Source of the DNA: Octopus bimaculoides
Taxonomy: Eukaryota
Direction: 5' to 3'
DNA length: 64,000 bases
Assembly: GCF_001194135.2 (NCBI RefSeq)
Contig: NC_068991.1
Span: 28,439,205-28,503,204 of the forward strand
A program made the position numbers and the translations under genes. Below the pieces are notes generated by a model. The model did no database searches. It was not told the DNA's origin and saw only the letters and a program-made list of their open reading frames with translations. Position 1 is the stretch's first letter. Each line of letters opens with the position of its first letter. Shown in pieces: positions 13,331-25,049 of this stretch.

Positions 13331-13343
13331 ATTTATATTTCAT

Positions 13344-14842
13344 ACTAGCAGAAATACCCGGCGTTGCCAGGGTTAAAGAGAATAATGAAATCTAAAAACG
13401 CCGTCTAGACTACGCATCATCTTTATATATAGAGATGTATATACACACACGTATATATATGTATATCAATATAAATATATGAAAGTCAATGAAGTTTCGT
13501 AAAAGAAGGAGATCATGTANNNNNNNNNNNNNNNNNNNNNNNNNNNNNNNNNNNNNNNNNNNNNNNNNNNNNNNNNNNNNNNNNNNNNNNNNNNNNNNNN
13601 NNNNNNNNNNNNNNNNNNNNNNNNNNNNNNNNNNNNNNNNNNNNNNNNNNNNNNNNNNNNNNNNNNNNNNNNNNNNNNNNNNNNNNNNNNNNNNNNNNNN
13701 NNNNNNNNNNNNNNNNNNNNNNNNNNNNNNNNNNNNNNNNNNNNNNNNNNNNNNNNNNNNNNNNNNNNNNNNNNNNNNNNNNNNNNNNNNNNNNNNNNNN
13801 NNNNNNNNNNNNNNNNNNNNNNNNNNNNNNNNNNNNNNNNNNNNNNNNNNNNNNNNNNNNNNNNNNNNNNNNNNNNNNNNNNNNNNNNNNNNNNNNNNNN
13901 NNNNNNNNNNNNNNNNNNNNNNNNNNNNNNNNNNNNNNNNNNNNNNNNNNNNNNNNNNNNNNNNNNNNNNNNNNNNNNNNNNNNNNNNNNNNNNNNNNNN
14001 NNNNNNNNNNNNNNNNNNNNNNNNNNNNNNNNNNNNNNNNNNNNNNNNNNNNNNNNNNNNNNNNNNNNNNNNNNNNNNNNNNNNNNNNNNNNNNNNNNNN
14101 NNNNNNNNNNNNNNNNNNNNNNNNNNNNNNNNNNNNNNNNNNNNNNNNNNNNNNNNNNNNNNNNNNNNNNNNNNNNNNNNNNNNNNNNNNNNNNNNNNNN
14201 NNNNNNNNNNNNNNNNNNNNNNNNNNNNNNNNNNNNNNNNNNNNNNNNNNNNNNNNNNNNNNNNNNNNNNNNNNNNNNNNNNNNNNNNNNNNNNNNNNNN
14301 NNNNNNNNNNNNNNNNNNNNNNNNNNNNNNNNNNNNNNNNNNNNNNNNNNNNNNNNNNNNNNNNNNNNNNNNNNNNNNNNNNNNNNNNNNNNNNNNNNNN
14401 NNNNNNNNNNNNNNNNNNNNNNNNNNNNNNNNNNNNNNNNNNNNNNNNNNNNNNNNNNNNNNNNNNNNNNNNNNNNNNNNNNNNNNNNNNNNNNNNNNNN
14501 NNNNNNNNNNNNNNNNNGTATACATATACGTCTCTCTCTCTCTCTCTCTCTTTCTCTCTTTCTCTCTCTGTGAAAGTATCTGTCATTACAGTATCGAAAT
14601 GTGATTGTTTCAGTTAGTGGAATATTTTCATTTTTAAAGTGAAAGTATTTGACATGAGTGTTTTTGTTTCACTTTTGACACGTAATGCTTAAATAGTGGA
14701 GGAGATATTATGTTGCCGTGTGCTCGAACTCTGCAAGAAGTTAATACTTTTTTTTGACTAAAACACAACTGGAACCCTAAGTAAGGCATGTGTAAAATTT
14801 GAATGAAATTGGTTGCGTAGTTCTCGAGTTTTAGGGATTCAC

Positions 14843-14873
<31 letters not shown>

Positions 14874-14900
14874 CACATTCTCATTTTTATATATATAGAT
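13344..14900 (+). mobile_element. Non-autonomous Helitron-like element (Lep1/DINE-1/HINE type) spanning an assembly gap
   Basis: 5' end ACTAGC followed by the hairpin CCCGGC-GTT-GCCAGGG (13357-13372). The 3' end has AAATTTGAATGAAATTGG..., a (GACA)n microsatellite and TTTTATATATATAGAT. It sits between T and T. About 998 N lie in the middle, so continuity is assumed. Confidence 0.6.
13520..14517. other. Assembly gap (N-run)
   Basis: Other gaps: 5891-5990, 8749-8760, 18091-18100, 34789-34798, 38223-38548 and 47875-48145. Confidence 1.
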
Positions 14901-15045
14901 TAGAACTTCATACTTACTATCTCGGTTTGTATTTTCAAATATATATTCTTACAATGCACTTAGTTATATTCTATGATACAGACTTTGAGTTGAAGGAGTT
15001 GTGGTTCTTGGTTTTTACTGATCAAGCAACTACGTAAAGGACCCT

Positions 15046-15382
15046 GGGTAAAGACCCACTTCAATCATGAATGACCATGGAATTGCACCTAGAAAGTTAC
15101 CCTCCAAGGCACAAGTCCCGGTAAGGTTGTTTATAAAAGACCAGCAAATTACTCATACATACCAGCCTCCTCTCTCCACACCACCAATGTTATCCAAGGG
15201 AAAGGCAAATGCTGATACAGCTTGGCATCAGTGATGTTGCAACTCATTTCTACAGTTGAGTGAACTGGAGCAACGTGAAATACAGTGTCTTGTTCAAGAA
15301 CACAGCACACGGCCTGATCCGAGAATCGAACTCACTACCTTATGATTGTAAGCTTGATGCTCTAACCACCAAGCCATGCACC
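15046..15382 (-). mobile_element. SINE-D, minus-strand copy
   Basis: Reverse complement of 60468-60806 along its length. Confidence 0.85.
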
Positions 15383-17719
15383 TTCACCAATCCATGTGAC
15401 TTAAAGGACCCTACCTTATCCCTTTTATAGTCATACTTGTGGAAGAGTTCTACAACATAGCAACTAGTGGACTATTTATTTATCTAAATTTAGTTTGATT
15501 TGTCACAGAGATTACAAGATTGGATATAACACCTCACAGTATTTGTTCAGATCCCTTACATTCCAAGTTCAAATCCCATGGAGGTTAATTTTGGACTTCA
15601 TTCTTTAGGAGTCAATTAAAATGAGAAACAACCAAGAGCAGTGGACTGGCAAAACTGTAAGAGAATTAGATGAGATACCTTTTGATGTCTGTCCTAGTCC
15701 TTTGACTTTCTGATAGGAATACCTGCTTGACCACTGGTACCAAGCTGTATCAGCCTTAAGATGGCAGCTTATCTCTTAGCTAACACTGGCAAGTGTCACA
15801 TGGATAGCTGCTCGTCTTTCTCAAAAACCTTGCCCAGACCTGCATTTACACATGTGTAGATATACTCAACTTTAATTGACAGAGGACCCTAAATTATATT
15901 TAGTTTTGTCAATTAGAAGGAAAAGAAATCTTCCATTACACAAATAAAGCAGAGCCCAAACAAGATTACTCTCAGATGTTATCACAGAATTCAGTTACTC
16001 TCAAACTGACCTCAGCAGACATATGCAGAAGAAACTTTAGTCACTGATCAGAGTCTAAGGGAAACATACCATATGATATTATAATCAGTAGACTAGACAT
16101 GAGCAATGATTTTTGAGAAGCAAGTTGTATGAGACACCGCTCATCATAGGTGGACCACACTTCTAAAAAATTCAAACTAATTTTTTGTTAGGCATGCCAT
16201 TCAGAAAGTTCCATACGTTGCAGTTTGCAAATGACTGCACTTTACTGACAGAACATCGACACGGTTGCTTAACCTGCGAGAAATACTAACCAGCTCATCC
16301 TGAAATTACACTGTGTTGTTTTTAAAAAACGAAGGGCACATTTGATAATGTGTCTTACATATACAGTCTTAATTAAATAAAATGGATAGTCATGTTTCAA
16401 ATATCTTTGGTGATTAGACTGTGGCAACATGGCTGATCAAGGTTAAGCAACAACTGCATACAAAATTATTAAGTATATTCAACAACTTTTCTATTAAATA
16501 TAGATTTTTAAAATAGGCATGAATCCACAACAGGAAAAACATGACTATTTTGACCCTAGTATTAAACTGAAATTTTATTTTATCAATCCAGAAGGATGAA
16601 CTTTGATGGAAGGTTTTAATTTAGATCTCTTTAAAACAAGAAGTTTATATCATAAAACCAGATGTGATCTTTGGTAGGTTGGTATCAAAAGAATTGAGTT
16701 GTATTTTTAAAAATCCACAGCACTGGTGGCATGCTGATTGAATAACACTTGGGAAAGTAAAGAATTTCTTATTGATACTTCATTACATAAAAGGAAAGCA
16801 AAAAAGCCAAGTTAAAAAAAAAGCTGGGTTTAGGCATAGTTATGTGGTTAAGAAGTTTGCTTCACAACTATGTAATTCAGAGTTCAGTCCTATTATATAG
16901 TACTTGGAGCAAGTCTTTTTTTTTTGTCCACCAGACTTGCCAATCAACCAAAACTAAGTCAACTGTTTTGACCAAAAATACATTCTCGTCCACCTCCCTA
17001 TCCTTCACTCCCCACTCTATCCATTTCAAATACCACTCATATCTTCATCTTTTTGACTCTGTTTCAATGGCTTTATGGGATGCTACAATATGTTTACTTA
17101 CCTAACCTTCAACAGACCTGCAAGTAACCCCAACATAAACTCATAAAGACATCTCTCCAGCCAATTTCAATACCAAACCCTCTCTCCCCACCTGCCCCTC
17201 TTTGCTCATATACTTCTCTGTTACAAGCTTACCCAATCCCATATATATCTTCTTTTAGTTTTACTTCTTCACAATTATGTTTTCTTCTTGAACTCTTTCT
17301 ACACATTTCAGTCGAATCCCTGAGTTAACACAGGATCTCCCAACAACAATATAGATTTCATAGAATCAAGGTATCTTTGGCCTGAAGAGTAGCCTATGGT
17401 CTACCTCTCATTTTGATAATTTACTACTTCCGAGATTCCGCTGGCTATGAAACATATGTAGCCTTGATTTTATCTACCCCATTCCCTAATTTTTTAATGT
17501 TTATTCGCATATACAACAACCCCTGTTGCTAACCATGAAATATGAAATTAACTTTTTGCAGCTTATCGTACTTTGATATGGGGAAAATTCACAACTTTCT
17601 GCGCCAATAAACCACTATTGTTTCTGAAAGTTGTTTTTTATATCTTCTACAGATTGCTTAAAGTTCACTAACTTCCTACAACCGAATTCTTGGATCTTAC
17701 CTTTATATATGTATATATA

Positions 17720-17931
17720 CAGGGTGTCCACAAAGTCTGGGTACATGGGGATTAACACATACTTTAAGAAATTATTATTTCATATATTTAATTGCTTATG
17801 TTATGATTTTATTTACTCCATGTACCCACATGGGGATTAACACATACTTTAAGAAATTATTATTCTTTATATTTAATTGTTTATGTTATGATTTCATTTA
17901 CTCCATGTACCCAGACCTTGTGGACACCCTG
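17720..17931. mobile_element. Tc1/mariner-type MITE with an internal 2 x 85 bp tandem duplication
   Basis: 29-bp TIRs CAGGGTGTCCACAA(A/G)GTCTGGGTACATGG with 1 mismatch and TA on both sides. Near-identical units lie at 17743-17827 and 17828-17912. Confidence 0.9.
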
Positions 17932-18054
17932 TATATTGGCTGGTTGTTGACAAGTTTTTCCGCTTTGTAAGGGTAATTTACCCAATATTTCAGCTGGTCT
18001 AACAATGTCTCTGTATTTGAAAATAAATTATCATCTTATTTGTATCTTACAATA

Positions 18055-18090
<36 letters not shown>

Positions 18091-18128
18091 NNNNNNNNNN
18101 TATATATATATATAACATTTATAATATA

Positions 18129-19320
18129 ACAACTTCTGCCACATTCCAGGGAGAAAAACTAGAAGTAGTTGATAGCTCCCGTTACCTAGGTGACCAAGTC
18201 AGTAGCAGGGGAGGGTGCGCTGAAAGTGTAGCTACTAGAAGAATACCCTGGGCAAAGTTCAGAGAGCTCTTACCCCTGCTGGTGACAAAGGGCCTCTCCC
18301 TCAGAGTAAAAGGCAGACTGTATGACGCATGTGTACAAACAGCCATGCTACATGGCAGTGAAGCATGGGCTGTGACTGCTGAGGACATGTGTAAGCTTGC
18401 AAGGAATGAAGCCAGTATTCTCCGATGGATGTGTAATGTTAGTGTGCATACTCGACAGAGTGTAAGTACCTTGAGAGAAAAGTTGGACCTAAGAAGCATC
18501 AGTTGTGGTGTGCAAGAGAGACGATTGCGCTGGTATGGTCATGTGGTGAGAATGGATGCGGATAGTTGTGTGAAAAAGTGCCACACTCTAGCAGTTGAGG
18601 GAACCTGTGGAAGAGGTAGACACAGGAAGACCTGGGATGAGGTGGTGAAGCACGAACTTCGAACATTAGACCTCACCGAGGCAATGACTAGTGACCGAGA
18701 CCTTTGGAAATATGCTGTGCGTGAGAAGACCTGGCAAAACAAGTGAGACCATAACCTGTGGCCTTGACCAGGGGTGTAGCCAGCCCATTTATGCATACCT
18801 TTCTTTCTTTGGACACTAAACTCTGCTTGCGAAGACCTGTTGAGGCAAGTGAAATCGAAATTGAACCAAATTCAATGACTGGCACCCGTGTCAGTGGAGT
18901 GCTGACAGCACCATCCGAGCAGGATCATTGCCAGAGCAGCTGTCTGGCTTCCGTGCCAGTGGAATGTAAAAAACACCATTTGAGCATGATCGTTACCAGC
19001 ATTGCCTTACTGGCACATAAACAAAACATTTGAGCGAGGTCGTTGCCAATGCCGCTGGACTGACTCCTTTGCAGGTGGTATGTAAAAAACACGATTTTGA
19101 GCGTGGCCATTGCCAGTACCACCTAACTGGCCCTCATGCCGGTGGCATATAAAAGCACGCACTACACTCTCGGAGTGGTTGGCATTAGGAAGGGCATCCT
19201 GCAGTAGAAACTCTGCCAGATCAGATTGGAGCCTGGTGCAGCCATCTGGTTCGCCAATCCTCAGTCAAATCGTCAAACCCATGCTAGCATGGAAAGTGGA
19301 CGTTAAACGATGATGATGAT
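18129..19320 (+). mobile_element. 5'-truncated RTE-clade LINE (C-terminal ORF, 3' UTR and (GAT)n tail)
   Basis: Open frame of about 205 codons (18129-18746): EKLEVVDSSRYLG..WAKFRELLPLL.TKGLSLRVKGRLYDACV..LHGSEAW..RRLRWYGHVVRM..GRGRHRKTWDEVV. It is followed by a subrepeated 3' UTR ending GGACGTTAAACGATGATGATGAT. Confidence 0.92.
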
Positions 19321-19514
19321 GTTATACATACTAGTTATTTTAATCTAAGGTTGTTTGAAGTGCATATAATGAAGTAAGCAAGGCAGTTTTTTTTTTTTTC
19401 GATATTTTTCAAAAACTAGTTCTTTTTTTTTTTAATACTGTTTCCAAAATTTTAAACTTTAAAACTTTTGAACAAATTTCCATGGGAAGTGGTTCAACAG
19501 TATTCTTTGTTTAG

Positions 19515-19610
19515 TCTCCAGAGTACCATGGAGTCAATGCATTTGAACCAAATGCAGCAGACTTGCCTGAAATACTAAAGTTTTTAGTAAGACATCATCT
19601 AGGTGTATGA
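19515..19610 (+). other. Candidate coding exon of an unidentified plus-strand gene
   Basis: Acceptor TATTCTTTGTTTAG|, then open frame SPEYHGVNAFEPNAADLPEILKFLVRHHLGV*. Possible donors lie at 19603 (GTGTAT) or 19605 (GTATGA). No homology recognised. Confidence 0.4.
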
Positions 19611-20719
19611 AATATCACTAAACACTATTCTAAAGGCAAGAATAATGTATATAAGCTGTGAGGTAAAGGACAAGAGCTCTAAGCACTAGATTCTTCACTC
19701 CACACAGGGATTAGGCTTATCAAAGTTTCCAGTGAACTTAATCATTAGTTTGATTTTTGATTCTATGATTTACTCAATAAAAACATTTGTTTCAGAACAA
19801 ACATTGAACAAAATAAAAGAAAAAACAAAAAAAAGAGAAGAAACAAATTGATATCCAACAGTAAAAGCAAAGGACATTGATGTGAAGATTTTGGTAAAGT
19901 CAATTTATTGTCAAAAAGAAAACATGAGGAAAAAAAAAATCATTTAAAGTTTCAGGAAAAAGACTTTTAATGTGTTGATTGAAATGTTATTAAAAAAAAA
20001 AAAAAAAAAGAAAAGAAAAATAGATATTAAATGGTGAAGTCCAGGTGTGAAAATATCTAATATAGAGAAGAATTTAAAGAGTTGAGAATGTATGAAATGT
20101 TTTGCTAAATTCTACAGGGTTTTAATTTTTTTGTGTATTTATTTTTGGGTTTATTTTTGGGTTGTTTTTGATTTCTTTTTTTTTTTATGTGGAGGGAATA
20201 TGAAATATAAGAAATTTCAAGTAAAGATTGTAATATAAAAATAACCGGAAACCTCACATGGTTTCAGTTACCTGGAAATTCCAAGGGATTTTTTAAATGC
20301 CAAGGAAAAATATTCAACAAATCTCTTTTGCTTCGGTTTTCTTTTTCAAAAGACTAATTACCATATTGATTGGAATATGTTTCTAAACAATTTCTAGATA
20401 CATTTGTAAGATTGATATTGGGAAAATGTTTCAATCGTTTATAGTTTATGTTCAATTTTATAGTTGATGAATATTAAAAAAAAATAAAATGGTGATAAAA
20501 ACTGTTCATCTATTTTATTATATTATGTTATTTTTTTTTTAATTTTTGCTTTTAAGAAAAAGTGTTGAAAGAATGTTACAGACTAAATGATCCTGAACAC
20601 CTCTCTATATAAACGAGATAGATCGAAGAAGAATTTTCAACTTAGCATGTTTAGTTTTATAATTTAGATTATTATTATTACTATTATCATTATTATTATT
20701 ACGATATTGGAATAAATGA

Positions 20720-21181
20720 TAAAGGTCATTATGATGATAATACTCTATAGCATTATGATATTATTAAATATCATTATGGTATTACATATTATGACATTGT
20801 TAAATATCATTTCAATATTATTAAAATGTAATTACAATATTGTCAAATATTCTGAAATTAAGTGGCAATATTGCCATAAATTATGAAGGTCGTTACATTA
20901 TTAAAGACTATGATTTTTATTAATGTTTACTGTAATATTATTAAAGACTACTAAGACATCATAAAGATACAACTGATGACTATGACATCATAAAAATGAA
21001 TGATCACTATGATATTTAATAAAGATCATTATGATATTAAAGCTCACTCGCAAAGATCACTATGACATTATCAAAGTTCAATGAGATATTATCAAAGACA
21101 ATTTTATTGTTGTTATTGCAGTTCACTATGACATTATTACAGCTTACTATGATATTACTTAAGATCACTATGATATTAAGT
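20720..21181 (+). repeat. Degenerate 21-bp minisatellite
   Basis: Units such as AAAGATCACTATGACATTATC (21052-21072), AAAGTTCAATGAGATATTATC (21073-21093), CAGTTCACTATGACATTATTA (21119-21139), CAGCTTACTATGATATTACTT and AAGATCACTATGATATTAAGT. Confidence 0.7.
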
Positions 21182-22239
21182 GTTGGCAGTAACATTGTGT
21201 CTCTACTATTTATCATTTATATAAAAAATCATATTTTACCTTCAAGATTATTCATTTACATATGTAATTAATATTAATATTAATTAACATCTAAAGTTAT
21301 AATATCCTCGAATAGCCTTCATCAAAAATTAATTTTAAAAAATGCCATATGTGTGCAAGTTTGGGTGTGCATATATATATATTATATACATACACATATA
21401 TATATGAGTACATATACGCATTATTTTTCTTCAAGAAAAAGATACAGAAAACCTTAATTATTTATAAGAATTAAAAGTTCAGATTGATTAAATTTACCAA
21501 ACGTTAAGAATAAAAAAAAAGAAAAACAGAAAATATGCTTTAAAAACTTCATTTATATATTTTGTAGAAAATGTCTAAGTTAAAACAGTATTTCAGTATA
21601 AGTCACCTAAAGTAAAAAGATCAAGAAGAAGAATATGAATGAGCAAAATCTTTAAGAATTAAATATCAAAAAATTTAAGAGCCTTAAGATATTAGGCTAT
21701 TTAATAAAAAAAATAAAAAACTACTCTCATTATTATGACTATTGTTATATCATTATTAAGTTTTATCATTATTAAGTGCCTATAGTAGAAAGAAGTATTA
21801 TTATTATCATTATTATTAAAATTAATGTGAATGTTAAGACTTCCTGAAGAGACACACAAACTTAGATAGATAGGACAGAGGAAACATAACTGTATGATGT
21901 TCATGTTGTTTTTTAGAGGATTTAGCAACATGCGTGAAGTAAAACAAATACAAATGGGTGGGAATCAAAACAAACCTGACAAGAACTTAACCATTAAGAT
22001 TATTAGAGTAAAAATGATGGCAATAATAACAATCTGTAATTTTTTTCATGATGGATGGGGTAGGGAGTAGAAATAAAATAACCAATTCATAATTTTTTCT
22101 CATTAATTCTCATCAAATGAAATGAATTAAAAAGATCAATTCAAACTATATTTATAAATGAAAAACATTCCATAACTTATATAAAACATTCAACTATTGA
22201 GTATATTATTGCTATTTTTTTTCTTTTTTAAGGTAGTAA

Positions 22240-24865
22240 AATCATTAGCAAGCTGGCAAAATCATTGGTGCATCAGATGAAAATGCTTAGCAGTTCTCTA
22301 TGTTCTGAGTTCAAATTCTGTCATCCTTTCAGGGTCAATGTAACAAAGTATCAGTCAAGTACTGGGGTAAAACACCCCAATTTCCTAAAATTGCTGGCCT
22401 TGTACCAAAATTTGAAACAAAGAATGCTTAGCAGCATTTCTACTGGAGTTCAGATTCTGCTGAAGTTGAACTATGCCTTTCATCCTTTCAGGATCAATTA
22501 AGTCTTAGTCAAGCACTGGGATCAATGTAATTAACTAGCAACCTATCCACAAAATTTCAGGCCTTGTGCATATAGTAGAAATGGTTATTATTAACAGCAG
22601 TAGTAGTAGTTTCTGTCTTCTTTCTATTATGGATACAAGGCCTGAGATTTTGTGGGGAGGAGCCTAGTTGAATACACCAACCCCTGTATTTAACTGGTAC
22701 TTTTTTTATTGATCCAGAAAGGATGAAAATCGAAGTTGACCATGACTGTATTTGAGCTCAGAACATAGAACCAAAAGAAATGGCACAAGGTATTTTTGTC
22801 TGATACACTAATGATTTTGCCAGTTCACCACCTCAGTAATGATATAAATAATAACAATTAATTCTTTTTAATTTTGATAGAAGGCTAACAATTTCAGGAG
22901 ACAGGTAAGCCAATTACATTGACTTCAGTGTTCAAATAGTACTTATTTTACTGACCCCAATAAAACAGGCACAAGGCCTGAAATTTTGGAGGAGGGGATA
23001 AATTGGCTACATCGACCCCAGTACTTTATTGGTATCTTATTTCATCAACTCCAAAAGGATGTAAGGTCAGGTTAACCATGACAGCATTTGGTTTCAGAAC
23101 ATTAAGTTGGAAGAAGTGCCACTAAGTATTTTGTCTGGTGTGCTAACGATTCTGCCAACTCATTCCCTTCACTACTTTGGTAATAATAATTAAACTAATA
23201 ATAGTCACAATTCCTTCAGGTAAAATTATTACAGATAAGGAAGTAGAACATGATCTCAAAATATACTGATATTAAAAGTAGAGTTATCAAGTATGTGATA
23301 ATGCCCAGCAGTAAAAGTGAAAGTTGCACCAGTTATCGTTGGAGTATAGGGTTCAGTCTCTAGAAATCTATCATAAAACCTGGAATGGTTTGACATCGTA
23401 ACAGATATGCAAGTGCTTCAAAATTCTTCTGCTCTCCTTAGAACAGCTCATATTCTTAGAAAGGTACCTTCTAAGGCCTTTTGTTAAGGCTTCAGAATTA
23501 ACATGAAGGAAAAAACAACAAAAACTAGTTTTTTATATTCATACCATGCAAGGAAGATATAATGATGATAATAATAATAATAGTAATAATGGTTTCAAAT
23601 TTTGGCACAAGGCCAGCAGTTTTGGAGGAAGGGTAAATCAATTTACATTGACCCCAGTGTGTAATTGGTACTTATTTCATCAACCCCAAAAGGATGAAAG
23701 GCCAAGTCAGCCTTGGCGGAATTTGAACCCAGAAAAACAGATGAAATACCATTAAGCATTTCACCTGGCATACTAATGATTCTGTCAGCTCACCGCCTAA
23801 ATAATAATAACAATAATAATAATAGTTTCAAATTTTGGCACAAGGCCAGCAACTTTGAGGAGGGGGTAAATCAATTACATTGACCTCAGTGTTCAACTGG
23901 TACTTATTTTATTGATCCCAAAAGGATGACAGGTAAAGTCGACCTTGTCAGAATTTGAACTCAGAATGTAACGATGGAGGAATTGCTGCTAAGCATTTTC
24001 CTGGCATGTTAACGATTCTACCAGCTCACCACATTAATAATAATAATGATGATGATGATGATTTTAGCACAAAGCCAGCAATTCTGGAGCAGGGGGCAAG
24101 TTGATTACATTGACTGCAGGGTGTAACTGGTATTTATATAATCAACCACAAAAGAATGAAAGGGAAAGTTGACCTTGACAGAATCTGAACTCAGAACATA
24201 AAGATGGACAAAATGATGTTAAGCATTTTGCCTGGCATGCTAACAATTCTGTCAGTTTGCCGCCCTAATATAATAATAATAATAATCCTTTCTACTAAAT
24301 TTTTGCGGGGCTGGGAGCTAGTCGATTACATCAACCCCAGTGTTTCACTGGTACTTAATTTATCGACCTCGAAAGGATGATAAGCAAAGTTGACCTTGGT
24401 GGAATTTGACCTCAGAACATAGCAAATGGTCAAAATACCGCTAAGCATTTTGTCCAGTGTGCTAACAATTCTGCCAGCTTGCGACCTTCATATGATAATA
24501 ATAATTTCAACACAAGGCCAGCAATTTTGGGGAGTGGTGAGTCAATTACATTGACCCCCACCCCAGTATTTAACTGGTACTTATTTTATCAACCTCAAAA
24601 GGACGAAAGGCAAAGTCAACCCCAGTGGCATTAATAATAATAATAACAATGGTTTCAAATTTTGGCACAAGGCCAACAATTTTGCAGGAAGTGATAAGTC
24701 GATTAGATTGACCCCAATGCTCAACTGGTACTTATTTTATCTACCCCAAAAGGATGAAAGGCAAAGTTGACCTCAATGGAATTTGAACTCAGAACGTAAA
24801 AACAAACAAAACGTCACTAAACATTTTGCACGACATGCTAATGATTCTGCTAGTTCACCGCCTTA
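22240..24865. mobile_element. Dense SINE-A cluster (about 2 plus copies, then about 9 minus copies) separated by (AAT)n
   Basis: Minus copies at about 22620, 22860, 22965, 23590, 23825, 24060, 24285, 24505 and 24650, most bounded by AATAATAAT. Confidence 0.85.
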
Positions 24866-25049
24866 ATAATAGCAATTTTTTATTATTGCCACTAAAACAA
24901 TGTATGGGGAGACATTATACAAGAATAGGTTACAGAAACACTTGAGGTTTACACTGAAATTAAATGGAAAGCTATGGTATACGCAGTATACTCCTAAAGG
25001 CTAAATACAGAATCCCCACAGATCGAAGATTACCTTAACCATGAAGTCT

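Noticed and set aside
13410-14604. Four ORFs of 352-371 aa in the track
   Set aside because: They consist almost entirely of X from the N-gap. The same applies to the ORFs over 5891-5990, 38223-38548 and 47875-48145.
23560-24870. CRISPR-like regular repeat-spacer pattern
   Set aside because: The units are about 200-bp diverged SINEs separated by (AAT)n. The context is eukaryotic and there are no cas genes.
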